64,000 nt of DNA from Hormiphora californensis (taxonomy: Eukaryota; Animalia; Ctenophora): assembly GCA_020137815.1 (NCBI GenBank), contig CM035355.1:7006001-7070000 (forward strand), written 5' to 3'. Shown here one piece after another: positions 13,585 through 27,606 of the stretch; position 1 is the stretch's first letter, and each line of letters begins with the position of its first letter. Made by a program: the position numbers and the translations under genes. The notes beneath the pieces were generated by a model. The model saw only the letters and a program-made list of their open reading frames with translations, was not told where the DNA came from and made no database searches.

Positions 13585-14396
13585 AAAGCTAGGCGGAGCT
13601 CAGCAGGAGTTAGGTAGTTATAGAGATTTGGGTTCTGAAATAGTACACAATCAGAGGATTAACTTACAAGGAAATGATGTTGATGGAATCATGCTTGGTG
13701 TAGTTGCTAGTCCTGCGATAGTAGACACCAAGGAATGGAGGTGCTTGTTCGGTTTGATGGGTGTCGGAGTCAGTATAGATCCATTAACGGCACCCCGAGA
13801 TGAGGGGCTAAGGCTGTTGAGAAGAAGTCCATCAATCATGACTGGGCGGTGTATGAGCACTATTGTTTGATCTGATATTGGTCTGATTGTGCTGCACAAC
13901 AACAATGGTAAAACAAGGAAGTGTGCAGTTGGGGAATTGTTATAAATTGAAAAACAAGACCCCTCTCTCTCTAATAATAATCTCTCTCTCTGCGCTGATA
14001 AGATCACGCTAATCTGGCGGGGGGTGCAGGTGGCTGGTGGGTCTAAATTTAACCCTTTGCCATGGGGGTTGCAACAGTGCAGGGGTATTGCGGCCGGTAT
14101 TTTATTGGCAAAACTTAGTGGGGTCACGTGACACGGCTTGGCTTGCAGATGATCAGACATAGAGAGAGGGGGACCGAGACATAGAGAGGGGGACCGAGAG
14201 AGAGAGATATAGATAGAAAGAGAGGGGGACTGAAAGATGCAGGGCACGCAAACAAGACAACAAGGGGTGCAGTGTGTCAGCATGAAAACTACCCCATCGT
14301 GGTTGAAGGTACAGAGCTCTCTCTCTCTTTCGCTAACTTGATCTATATAACCGTACCGTGAGCACCTGGGCGTGGTGGTACTCTCTCTCTCTCTCG

Positions 14397-14469
<73 letters not shown>

Positions 14470-16566
14470 ATCTCTATCTCTCTATCTACCCATCTATCTC
14501 ACTCCATCTCTTCTCTCGTCAGGTGGGCTGGGGTGTCCGACACACGACACTACACACCACAGCTGCACCCTACACAAAGACATCCCCTGGTGGTCGTAGG
14601 AAGAGGTGGGAGAGAGAGAGATAGAGAGAGAGAGAGAGACTGGCTGGCTGGGATAGCAGATAAATAGTGCCATACACAGATCTGCGATAGATCATTTCTG
14701 AGGAGAGAGAGCATGGGCCATCATTGTCCCTAGAATCATGGTACGTGGTGTTGCAATAATGAAATACATGAAATCGGGAGAGATGTACCACTACGGGGTA
14801 CTACTACTACTACTATACAAAGGGCAGGATGATGGTTAGAGAAGTGGGGTAGTTTGCATGCCTAGGACGGTTTATATAGGCGTCTTAGTGTGTGTCCATC
14901 ATAGCGGGTGGCGTCCTGTGAGTCCTGTGATGGGTGTACCGCACACGTTGCCCCGGCAGGGAACTACCCTTGAGACCCATTACTCCTTATATGGTGGGCA
15001 TCACACGATGCTCTTGCTCAAACGCAGCGGGCGATGGGAGCATCACCAGGCAGATCTTAATAGTGTCACAGTGTGCAATGCCTTTTCAGATATATTGTGA
15101 GCTGAGTGGGGTAGATAACTGAGCGAGAGAGGGGGTGGGAGGTTTTCTATCTAAGGGAGAAAGAGAGAGGGGCAGGGACGGGACGTGCCCAATGCCCATT
15201 GCCCAAGATTAATAGATAGCTGAGCGGGTGGGCCGGGGCGTGGGTAGGTTATCATTATCTATCAAAATTGTGGTGAAGCTTGGACAAACTATGCAAGAAC
15301 ACAATTGCTGAAGACCGCCCCGCTGCAGACACAAGAGAAATAGATCACACACGATATTATAGCATAGGGCCTCATGTTTCCATCTGCTCGTAAGAGGGAG
15401 AGAGATAGAGAGCTGAGAGATAGAGAGAGATAGAGAGATAGTGAGAGAGAAAAAGAAGTCAGAGTTGCCCTGAGAGGGACAAAACACACTATTATATGCA
15501 AGAAAACCTCTGTCCCCATTGCACATGAGAGACGAGGGCCGGTGAGAGAGAGAAAGGACAAAAGGGGTAATGGTGTAACGAATGTGTGCGGGCCTGTGTG
15601 TGAGTCATACGCGTCGTGATGGTCTAATTACACTCCGAACAACCCACTTATTCCATATTTGGGCAAATGACCCGTCAGTCCACGTGTTGGGCAGTGGGGA
15701 CACACATGGGTCACATAGAGAGAGAGAGGGAGAGAGAGAGGGAGAGAGAGAGAGCATCTCTCACTGCACCAGCTTGATAGCCCACCACCTCCTCACATTT
15801 GTGCGTGGAATCCCCTCTCATTCTCCCTCCGTCTATCCCTCTCTATCTCTATCCTCTCTCCTTCTCCCACTCTCTATCCTCTCTCTCCTTCTCTATCTTT
15901 CTCTCTCACTCTCTCTCCCTCTTTCTCTAGCTCAATCAAATCCTCCTGATAGAGCTGCAACCAACCACCACGTGAGAGCGAGAGAGAGTGAAGGAAATAG
16001 AGAGGGAAAGTGAGAGGGGAACTGGGGAGAGACAGTGAGAGCTGACCCTCGGTCAATTACTAGAGTCTTTTAGTCTTGGGGCGCACCTCACGTGTTCTGG
16101 TAAACGAGCACATGACAAACACATCTCTCTTCTAGCTCGTCACACAGAAGAAACGGGGGATTCGTCGTGTATGGGGATCCTTGTGGGGAGAGAGATATAA
16201 TGCACCAGATTCGCAGTGGAGAGGGGGGAGAGATATGGGCCTGATTTTCAGATAATCATGGGTGATGGGGCTCGCACTAATGGTATGTTGGTATAATTTG
16301 TGGGTTGTCCCCAATCGATAAAACAACACAAAAAACTCGGTAATTTGTTGTTTTAGTAAACGCATGTGATTTTATACAGACACAAATAAACAATGTATGT
16401 CACAAACAGCTGGCGTCCCGCACCAGACATTTACCCCCTCTCTATCTTTCTTCACACTTGAATAAATTTCTCATAGTTATTATTTCAACCACAATTACTG
16501 TCCCTCTGATAATATGTGATAATCCGCAGCTAATATCCTATGTGATAGTAAACTGATAGTTCTCTC

Positions 16567-19500
16567 TCACTTTCCTCTTTCATTCTCCAGCTCCATCGAT
16601 ATTTTGTTCTGTATGGTTGTCCAATCAACGGATATCTCTTTGCTGAAGGGGGGGGGGGGCGTTGTTAATTATATGGTGGCTCTGAAGATGATGTTGGTTC
16701 AGAAGTCTGAACTTCATTAAGGGGGGGGGCCAAGGCCAAAAAAAGCCAAACCCGCCCTGAAATCCGGGTCTGATCTGGCTTTTTTTGGCTTTTTTTGATC
16801 TGGCTTTTTTTGGCTTTTTTTGATCTGGCTTTTTTTGATCTGGCCTTTTTTGATCTGGCTTTTTTTGGCCTTTTTGGCTTTTATTGGCCTTTTTTGGCTT
16901 TTTTTGGCTTTTTTTGATCTGGCTTTTTTTGATTTAGCAGTTTTGATCTGGCTTTTTTTGGCTTTTTTTGATCTGGCTTTTTTTGGCTTTTTTTGATCTG
17001 GCTTTTTTTGGCTTTTTTTGATCTGGCTTTTTTTATATCAAACTTTTTTCGGTATAAAATTTTTTCCCTAACGATATAAAATGGTAAAACTAGATCAAAG
17101 AAGCCATTTTAAAGTGTTTTTAATGTCAAACAGACCATATAATGTCAGAATTACATGCCAAAATGACCAAAAAAGTAGGGCCAAAAAAAGCCAAAAAAAG
17201 CCAGACCCGCCCTAAAATCCGGGATTGATCTGGCTTTTTTTGGCCTTGGCCCCCCCCCCCATTAATGTTCAGACTTCAGGATAGTATGTCGATGGAAAAT
17301 TATATGGAAAATGTATGCTGTACCTGTATTGGATAAACATGTTGTCAGTTTCCTGAAGCCCGAAATCCTCCATGTACCGTTGTCTGTATGCCAGTACAGT
17401 GTCCACATGAGTCTTGTGTTTTATAGCTAGTTCCAGAGCCCTGCAAATTATTAGGGGATTTTAGGGACAATGATCGGGGAGGGGAGATGAAAATTAGGTC
17501 GGGGTTCCCTGATAATAATTTGACCTTGCCCCCCCCCCCCCCCCCCAAAACCCAAATAGAGCCTTACCTGTTCCACTTATAAAGGTCGATATTTAGCCGA
17601 ATAGCCCGATAGATAAGGCCACCCTGTAGTAAGATTCCCTCAGCCTCCACCGGTTGTCTACAGAACAGAGACATCTCAGCATTCCGAGCGGCGTTGTTAC
17701 TGATCTCCTTGATTTGTGAAATGTACTCCACCTTCTCTGCCTAGAGGGGAGGGAGAGTTAGAGCCTAGAGGGGAGGGAGAGTTAGAGGGTGCAGGTGAAT
17801 TGTGAATCTTGAGGGGGATTCGCCGATTCCAGACACTCTCTCAGAGAAGTGGAGTTGTGAAATAGGGAGGTACGGGATTGTGAAATAGAGGGTGCCGCAC
17901 CCTGGTGAGTGGTGGCGTGGAATTGGACCAATTCCGAATTGATTGCCGTTGAGAGGCTGGTAATGAGGGGGACACAGAGAGAGGGGGGCAGACAGAGAGA
18001 GAGAGAGAGGGGGAGGGATGTGTGTCTGCGAATAGAAGTTGCACCACCTGGAAGCTAATCAAGCAATTAAAAAAACACTTTTTTCAGCGACCCATACCTC
18101 ATTAATAGCAGAGTAGGCTATTTCGGACGTGGTGAGATCCTTTGCAGCAGTTGACATAGCTGCCAGACTCGCCCAGAGTGCTTGGTCCTTGACAAATCGG
18201 CATAGCCTCACGGCATCGTCCCACTTGTTTTGGGATACGTAGTTTTGTAGGATGGTCGGGTATGGAGATACACTGCAGGGGGAAGAAGGTTTATAACTTG
18301 TATCTAGCGGCAGTGCTGTAGTAAGGTATCAATTCATTAGTGATGGGGGAAAACAATATTATATATCCTACAACTATAATATACAACTATACATACGCAG
18401 TGGATACGAGACTCCCATCAGATCTCCTCAAGTTGCAGTGATGTCCAAGGAAGCTCACAATCTGGGGATTCTTCCCAAACTCTCTGAAGAAAAGAAACTC
18501 AGAGATTTAGTTGTGTGGCTCACACCACATTTTACCTCTGTGCAGAGGGTTCGGTAGATCAAAGATTAAGTTGAGTCAGGAAAGCATCACAAAATGGATA
18601 AATCATTGTTTTTTTTCACCCACCCTGCATCTTTACAGACTTTACTCTGCGGTAGTAGCTCAGCATCAATATACACCGCACAAGGGTAATACCACACTGT
18701 GAATCTTCCATCTTGGAGAGCTGCCAACATTTTGGTGGTGTCGTGCCACATTATTGATGTTACCATACCACCTAGGGAATAGGGAGGGGTGGGGTTAACT
18801 TTCATACCGCCTGGGGAACGCGAACGGGAGGGGGATGGAGAGTAACCTTACTACATGGCAATGGAGAATAATTTTAGGAGAATCTACGAGGAATTATAAA
18901 AATGAAGGGGGAAATAAACTGATTTTCTTTGGATAAATCATACCTAGTTTTTTAAGAGTTGATAGGGCACTGCTATGTCGCACTTGCAGTAAAAAGAGAT
19001 CCGAGTTCTTGTCAACAAATGCCAGATTTCTCTCATTGGTGGCACCATTCTGATCCATTGCCAAGAGAGTGATCTCCTGACTGTGGTAGATCGGCTTGTC
19101 GGTCAGCTCTCGCCCGGAGCTAGTGTCAAACACGTGTAAAGCTGTGGGGAGACACGTGTTACACAAGACCTCATGTAATGAGGGTCCTCTAGAAAGTGAT
19201 GAAGCCCCTGTGGGGTAATTAGCAAAGCAAAAGCAAAAAATAAATGCGAGTTGGATAAATTCAATGTGGGGGTGCTTATATCCCTACCATTGCCGCTGAC
19301 TCGTGTTACCTCTGTTATCTCTAGTTACCTTAGTTATCTCTAGTTACCTCTGTTATCTCTATCATCCACAATCACCAGGGTATCGCCAGAGAGTGCTACT
19401 TGGGCCACATTTAGGGCATCAGATCTCAATCCGTTGTACTTGGGGCTGCAGATGAGTCGTCCTTCGTAGGAGTACAGAGACAAACCTGGGGACAAAGATC

Positions 19501-22500
19501 ATGAGGGAAGTTGTGTAGCTCCCACTGCTCTGTGAGGGTTCGGCAGTCGGAAGATATGAAGGAGATAGAAATAGGGAGAAAAAGAGAAGGAGATAGACAG
19601 ATATGCATACAGGGAGACCGGAGAGGCTGAATTTCAATTGTTTTTTTAAACAGGGTCGAGCAAGGCAAAGTTCCCCTACCTTGTACAGAGTCAATGATAA
19701 GGAATCCTTTCTTTGCTAGAACAATGGCATTCGTTGTTGTCGCCTTGAGGTCGAATATAGCAGGTGTAGTCCAGTTGCTAGTGGTGTATACGTAGCACTG
19801 GGTAGAGGTTGTAACAACAAGATGGCCCCAACCTGAGTGAAACATAAACTTTGGTGAAAACTGAAAAAATATCGTGGCATAATATCATCACGATTGATAA
19901 TGATGTTATGTACCTAGGTTCATCTTCACGACTCGGTCTCTAAAGTCCAGTTGCTCAGTCAGCCCATTGACCACATCTTCCACAAATATACATTTCTGAA
20001 GAAAATAGAGAAAATGTAGACGTTGTTTGTCTATTTTTTGTTTGTTTGTTTGTTTAACTGTCTGTCTGTCTGTCTGTCATCTAAACTCACATCTTCTATG
20101 ATGGTCACGACAAAGTTTTTCCACTCCAGTGTCAGGTTGACAACCCCAGCGAAGATGACATGCCCATTTCCACATCCACCCGCTACTTGGGTACTGTCAC
20201 GGCTCCATTTTATGGAGTAGATAGACCCTGTATTGGGTTTGTCTAGACTGTGGCACCACTGAAATTTAGGAGAGGTTATGACTCCGGGCTGTCTTGTTGG
20301 GTAAGGGGTAAACTTATAATCTACATGTTATGAACTTTGTAAATTTCCTTACCCCGGATTTGTCACACAGTCGAAGTGTATTGAACGCCCCAATGGCAAA
20401 GAGCTGTCCATTAGGAGCCCAGGAACACGACATGATGGGGTAGTGATGGGGCTGTGAAGAGTACAGGAGACGTCCATAACTATCCCAAACTTTATATTTC
20501 CTGTCCTCACCACCTGGGTAATTACCATTTAGATATTGATAATGGGAAATAATATGAACAATGGCCCATGAACAATCTATCTATTTACACATGAACAATT
20601 TACCTATTACATAGTACAATGTACCTATTTTCACGATCAATGGTCACATGAAGTACACCACATGAACAGTGTACCAGTATTCACATGAACAATATACCTG
20701 ATATTATCTGGTTATTAACTGCACTCCAATCGACCTGCATGATAATTCCCTCATGAGCCTTCCACTGGATCTGCTTGGCAGATGGGGCTAGCGGTTTGAT
20801 GATGATCTGTTTGCCACATGTATACAGAACCTGCTCACTGTCAGGACCCCATGCAACTGAGTAAACTGGGGAACCTGGGTGGGAATCTTGGTTGTTAGCG
20901 TGAGAGAGATATATACCCTGCTAACTTAAATAATGCGCCAGTGGCGAGAAGTCCCACTAGCGCGCTCTCAGTAAACAGCCAGTCCAGCGGCAGATTATTT
21001 CCCACTGGCAGGTTATTTATTTTTAACTCCTACGTAACATTCAAAGTGTGTGTAAATGATCAGTTCTTACTAAAATACAGAGGGAACACTATGTGCAACA
21101 CTTACACACTACATTGGAGAGAAAGAAAGGACACATTCCGTCAATTACTCTCTCTTTATCTCCCCTTTTGTCTCACTATCTCTTTCTCTGTGTTATTTGT
21201 GACATGCCCCTTATCAGGCTATTTCTTTCACTCTCTTTCCTTAGCAACTGCTTAGTAACTGTTACCAAACAGTGTACACTCAATTGTGACGTGTTTTTAA
21301 CTATTTCTCAGTTCTCTTTGTGTGTTTTGATTAGTGTTCTCTCTCTTGTTGGTGTGTAATACTTGAAATAAACAACTAAAGCAGGGTATATAACCCATAA
21401 ACTCTGACCACTGGCACGTTATAGGTTTAAACCCCTCCGCCTCTCCCTCGGCTCCGCCTCGGGATCGTCGTCGTGATTTAAACCAGTTTATCCGCCAGCG
21501 GCGGATAAACTCCAGCTAACTTCTCCCAGCGGCGCGCTGGGAGAAAGTTATCTGAAATAACGCGCCAGTGGCCAGAGTTTATGCCTCATATAACGGAGAG
21601 GGGATGTGTGAATATGACTGTTTGTTCACTTCTTCACACTGTCTCATTGCACGTGTCATTTAGGTTTACTTAAATGAGAGATTATGAATTTGAAAGCTGA
21701 GTGCCATTTACACGGTGGGAACTACTACACTAACTTACCAACTTGTGCAAGAGTAGATCGGAGCATGCCTGATCTGCTCCATATCTTAATCTGACCGTCC
21801 TCCCCAGCAGTTACTAGCGAGTTACCATGGAGACTCCATCTCACTGCAATTACAGCTCCTGTGTGTGCCTCAATACTTTTCTCAAATCTCCCAGTTTTAG
21901 AAATCAAATGGAACTTTCCTGCGTTGATATGATAGGTTTGGGGAAATGGAATATCCGGAAATGGGGGTACGATAAACTGGGGGTTCTTAGAAAATTACCG
22001 TCAGTAGTTCCCAGGACAAACAGCTCTGACGATCCAGCTCTCTGTCCTGAGGGGTACCAAGCCATGTCAGTCGGGAAGACACCCTCTGCTAATTTACACA
22101 CAGTAGCTGCGTCCCCTGACTTCCCATCCCACTTCAAGATCACCCTGTCGTCTCTAGAAAAGAGGGAGTTGGTCAGCGGGGAATGGGACCTTATTATCGC
22201 TAAACAGTGGGGAGATCCGGGGACCTTGTCAGCGGTAAACTAGGGGGTGTCTGGGGACCTTGTCAGCGCCGAGGGATACCGTGGGAACGCGCGGCGTTAC
22301 ACACTGCTGACAAAACAACTTTCATTTTGTGGCTTGGTACTGCGCGCCACAAACATCTTCAGTTGCTATGGGAACAGTTTAGAAAACTGAGACACCGTGG
22401 ATGGAGCAATGTTGCAACAGTTCTGGGGACGAGGCAGGAGAATAGAAATGTAAAACGGTGAAAATGAGACATACCCACAAGAGAACAGATCATCATTGAA

Positions 22501-22569
22501 GGTCCACCCTACACACGATACCATAGTATCATGCTTTGGCTGCTTCCCCAACGAAACCTTGAACTTCAT
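16567..22569 (-). CDS. IFT80: Intraflagellar transport protein 80 (WD40), about 16 exons
   Basis: Exon translations match IFT80 throughout: [97 protein letters not shown], and C-terminal [20 protein letters not shown]. Confidence 0.95.
16721..17259. mobile_element. Poly-G-terminated foldback element B, in the last IFT80 intron
   Basis: Gn-ccaaggccaaaaaaagcca TIR, 6-bp TSD cattaa, arrays of GGCTTTTTTT and GATCTGGCTTTTTTT. Confidence 0.85.
20914..21389. mobile_element. Probable TA-flanked MITE in an IFT80 intron, with a second inverted-repeat element adjacent (~21396-21585)
   Basis: tataccctgct / agcagggtata ends; the neighbour has cataaactctgaccactggc / gccagtggccagagtttatg inverted repeats. 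Confidence 0.5.
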
Positions 22570-22742
22570 CCTTGATAGAGCTAGAGAGAGGGCGGAGTGG
22601 GTTTAATATTTTAATGGAAATGGGTTATTACTTATTAGGTTCAGGGACGGGGTTTGGGAATATAAAACTCAGGCATTTTCAAAGGAAAAACATTTTACTA
22701 CACACATTTTTACAGGGACTTCTTTTATACAAATCTAAAATC

Positions 22743-25700
22743 TCAGTTGTTCTGTACAAGTGCGGGGAAAGTTTTCATCCTGAGCCGCTCCACCTCAGCC
22801 CTCAGAACAGCGACCTCCTGACTTTGGCTCTTAGCCAGGTCAACAAGTTTCCTCCGTGCAACAATATCCTTCATTCTTTGAGTAGCGGCAGGGGTCATAT
22901 CAGCAACACACGCCTCTTGGATCTGCTGTCTTTCCACAAGAGACACAGCCAACTCTTTCAGCTCACAATCCAACACGGTACATTCATATTCCTTATCCCG
23001 GATCAAACCATTGAGTCGATCTAAAATCCTCTTCTTATCACTCACCTTCCTCTTGTGCATGTTCTCGTTCAACTTGATTGTCTTCTCCAAAGTCTGGATC
23101 TCCTTCTGCATTCTCTGCTGATTGTTCTCAGCGAACAGGAACACTTGCAGCTCCTTGGTGACCCTCAGAGTTTGGATATCCCTTGTTTTGGTGTTCAAAT
23201 CCTCTCCCTCCATCATCATTTTCTCGTGTTCCCACTCCAACAAATGAATATTCTTATAGTAATCCTTGCAGTCGACCATAGCGGACACCTTAGCTTCACC
23301 TAGTGTAACAATCTGAGAGTTCAGGTCCTCGATAACTGATCTGTGAATAAGGAGAGAGTTCTCGAATTTAGTGCTAAATACTCCAGGATCAACTTCAACC
23401 TGACCCTGCTTTAGGAGAAGTTGGATCTCGAGATTCATGAGGTATCGTAGTTTCTTCTCCCTCAAATCGTTTAGCTGCTGGAATGCCTTCTCAATTCGAG
23501 ATTTCATACAATCGTCATCATCACCAAGACGCTGTAGATAGCTGTTGAGATCCTGTATTTTTTGGTTGTGATGTTTCACTTTCAATTCGCTCTCAACCTT
23601 GAATGTCCTCGCCTCCACAAACCTCTCCCAAGTATCAGCCTCTAGGATATCCGGTCGGTGGATATCCGAATCCAACTCTGCCATTGCCTCAAGAAATGCC
23701 TTGTCTGGATCCTCGACCTTTACATGGAACGGATTAGAGGATCGGGCTGTGGCCTCATTGGTGACTATCTTCTGTTTGGTGACCTTGGGACGGCGTTTAT
23801 ACAATTTAACCAGAACATCCAGAGTAAAGGCATCAAGATCTGCGAAGTCCTTCTTGAATTGTTTCTCAATCACTTTGTCCTCTTGCAGTATAATCTCATG
23901 CTCATCCTTCAGACGATCAATAGCCCTCTTTGCCTCACTCACTTCCTCAAGTGCCTTGACCTTGCCCTGTTTTAGGTCATCTAGAATCTTACTGAGTTCT
24001 CCCTCTCGATCCTCTAGGTATTCCTGCTGGTAAATAGATCTCGCCAGACGAACTATTTTCAGCTCCTCCTGATTCACTGTCTTCTGGATTTCAATCCGGT
24101 GTCGGAACAGCTTGTTGAGTTTCTCATCAAAGGCATTCATACCCTCCACATTAGCAGTTTGGAGTTTCTTTAACTCTGCCTCTAGAGCCTTCCTGTACTT
24201 CTCTCTTTCTTCAAACAAGTGCTTCTCCTTCTTTTCGAACTCCTTCGCAGCCTTGATTTCCTCCTCATTCCACTGCTCCTCTGCTTTAGTTAACATGAAC
24301 TCAGGTTTCTCCAGATCCTTCTGAAGTTCATCCTCAGGCCGGATTTCTAGCTTTCCGTGCATCATACTATCGAGAGCCCTCTCCCTGGCATTATCAGCTT
24401 GTTCCAACAGCCTCCTCTGCTCTTCCAGACGCTTCCTCTCAAGCTCAGCAGCGTGTTCCTCAGGACTCAGATATTTCTCAAACGGAATTTCACTGTCTTC
24501 AACCACGAGGAAAGTTTCGGGCATTTCGATGTTCTTGAAGGAAGGAATTGAAACTTTCTCATCGGATTTCAGGTCCACCAGAATCTGTTTAACACGCTCA
24601 GTTCTCTCAGAAACACGTATAATCTCCTGCCTCTTGCTAGCGTGGACATCATCAAACTCTTTGTTGAAGGTGTTCTTCAGTTTCCGGATGGTGTTTTGAA
24701 TGAGCACAATTTGATCTCTCTTCCGTTGGTTGGTGTGAAGCTGGAACTGACTGTTCTGAACCGGATCCTTGCAATACTTCAAACTGTGGCTACCATAAAG
24801 TGAAGCTGAAGCACCCACTTCCTCCTCATCCCCTCCATTACCACCCAACTCAGACTCAACCAGCTGTTCGTGTTGAAACTGGGCAAGGACTCTCTCAACC
24901 TCTGCTATTTGTTCATCTGTGTGCTTACACAACGGGAAGTTGCTAACCTCCAAGTCACCAACAAACAGTGTGAGACTCTTTCCCTTTACTTCCATGGCAT
25001 CCCAACATTCCTTCTTTATCAGTTCCTTCAGGAACAACATAGCCAGATTTTCCAGCTCCGCAACCTCTTCTATCTCATCAATCTCATCATCTCCTCGGTT
25101 CAGCAGCCTCTGTCTCTCGTCTACATCAAGGGTAAACTCGTGCCTCTTCAACCTCTCCATCTCCTCAACACTCTCATTGGTCTCAATCATCCCCAGAACT
25201 GTGGATCGGAGATCACTGATATTCTTTTTGAGCTCGTTGATCTGGGGCTCATAACTCTTGTCCTTGAGCTCCTGCACACTTGCCTGGACCTTCTCCAACC
25301 AGGTACTATCCTCATGGCAGGACACACTAGGTAGAGCTACCATGTTCTGTAACACGGCATCCTGTTCTTTCCTCAGTCCCAGAAGGGAGGCATATCGGCC
25401 ACGAGACGCATCCACCGCTCCCAAAACCCCAACCTTCTCTTCGTTACTCAAGCCATCGTAGTTCCACTTCCACAATACCAGGACACCGTCCTTTCCTCCA
25501 CTCACCACTTGCTGACCATCGTTGGAGAAGCGTAGGAAACTTGTTCCACCTAGGAAGTGAGAGTGAGATGGAATTGCAACGCTCTCCTTCATAGCATCAG
25601 TACTCCGGAAGATTAGCTGCCCATCCGGGGCAAAACTTGCCACCCATTTGAGATGGGGTGACACTACCACAGAGCCACCTTTCAGCAGATGACCATTCAC

Positions 25701-27606
25701 TCTATCAGTCTCTGTGAGGACCCCATCTTTTAGATTGATAACTACCGCGTTTTTCTTTAGAGAATCCACAGTTACAACACTGTTAGGGCCGAGGAAGGCC
25801 ACACTGGAGGCTGTAAAGTTTAGTGGACAGTTGGATCGCTTTATAAACGTGTCATCCAGTCGGAAGGTTTCATCGTTGAACGCTTCTTTTGGTTGTTGAG
25901 ACAAGTCTACTGGGAGTTTAGCATGGGTTACCATGGATTGATTCTTTGAGACAGAAGTTATTGCCACATAACACCAATCTTTATCAACCTTCAGCTGGTG
26001 AATGGAGGCTATTCCACTGACCTCTCCCTCCACATCGATATGAGCCAGACATCTGAACTTGTTGGAGGCCCGTGTATCCAGTACAATGACATGCCCATCA
26101 GTACTACCCGTGAAGAACAGCTTCCCACTCATATCCAGAGTGATGTGAGTGATTGGACCACTGTGGATCCTCTCCTCGTACACAATCCGGGGTGATTCCG
26201 GGGAGTTCAAATCGAGAACCACGAGAACACCAGAGCTGAGGCCGATAAAAGCTGATCTGGATGACTGACTGCAGACGATTGTTGAAATTTCAGAGTTGAG
26301 GACGATCGAGCTGATCTGTTCAGCAGTTTCGGTAGACCACACCTGAACAATCCCGTTCTTTCTGCACGAGATCACCTGACTGTTGGTGGGGCATACAAAG
26401 TCCGCTCCTACCATTGGTCCACACTTGATGTTAAGCAGGGTGTTCAAGTCAGCGTGTTTGTTAGAAGGGAAACAGAGAGAAAACAACACCACCGGGACTA
26501 CCAAGTAACAGTTTATCGTATGCAGTTGACCAGGACAGACTGGAGATAGGGACTTTTGTATCCCAGCTATCAATGACCATTGGTGTGGTTGTATCCAAGC
26601 TGAGAAGTCGGAGTTTCCCCGAGGCACCGCTCACAAAGAGACCATCTTGATAAAACTCAATGGCCTCCAGATCACCTTTGCAGAGGATCTTTTGAGCCGC
26701 TCCTGATTCACCACCCTCTTCTTCATCTTCTTTCAACTTGAGATCCAACTCTGATTTCTCCTTTGCTTCTACCAGGGGGTTGGTAAGGACGATCATAGTT
26801 CCAGATGTAGTATCATAGTGCAGGAGCTGTCCATCAACACAACCTACATAAACTACACTCCCCAGACTCCAGCAATGAGCCGTAGGAGCAACTCTCTTCA
26901 GCTTGTCTTTGTACTTGTCGTGGAGGGGACTCAATGTAGATGCAACCTTCACGCTTTCTGCTGTCAAGATGGGTGATGGAACGAATCTCTTGTGGAAAAT
27001 ATCATCGCTCTCCAAAACGGGTCCTAGGCTCACGTTAGGTTGGGGTAGTTCCACAGTGTGTAACTTCATTGAGAACTTCTCGTTGGACGTTTCAATGGTT
27101 CCAATATGGAAACTCTGATCTCCAGTGACACAAAACTGTTTCCAGTTGAGGGGGTTAAAACTAACTGTGTTTCCAGGATGACTCTTGATTACCAGATTGG
27201 ATAGAATTTGTCCGGTTTTATAATTCCACAAAGACAGTTTGAAATCGGGTAGGCTCGAGCAGGTTAGTAGGAAGGGCTCCATCGGTGTGAATGCCATGTC
27301 TGCATATTCCATCATACAACCATCGGATAAGGTACCTTCTGAGGTTAGATCAGGAAATGAGATGAGCTGGATGGTTGGATTAAGCTTCTTCTCGGCATAA
27401 GCAATCATTTGGGCTGAAGGGCTCACCGCAAACACGCCAAACGGATTAATTCCACTTTTGAAACTGCGCTCCTTGCCAGTTGTAGTGTCAGTTAGCTTCA
27501 TTGTACAGCCACACACCGAAATGGCGGTCTTCTTGTCAACAAATCGTAGTCGCTGGCCATCGTAGCCTTGAGACCAAGATAACTCCAGCTGACTGAAGCA
27601 ACTCAT
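22743..27606 (-). CDS. CFAP43: Cilia- and flagella-associated protein 43 (WDR96); intronless, split into two ORFs by one extra base near 26463
   Basis: N-terminal 'LELSWSQGY' WD40 region (381-aa ORF) continues into a 1294-aa WD40 plus coiled-coil ORF with CFAP43 hallmarks (KECWDAMEVKGK, LLLKQGQVEV, RRKLVDLAKSQ...EVERLRMKTFPAL). Confidence 0.92.

Noticed and set aside
13651-16365. ORFs of 70-210 aa between the MADF gene and IFT80
   Set aside because: Low complexity with no motifs; at most unresolved 5' exons of the MADF gene.
26424-26487. A 64-nt intron as the explanation for the CFAP43 frame break
   Set aside because: The only phase-compatible donor (GTTGTT) is weak and splicing would remove residues that appear homologous to CFAP43; not fully excluded.
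23055-27118. Plus-strand ORFs over CFAP43 (and minus-strand ORFs over the RT and protease)
   Set aside because: Antisense shadows of long coding regions.
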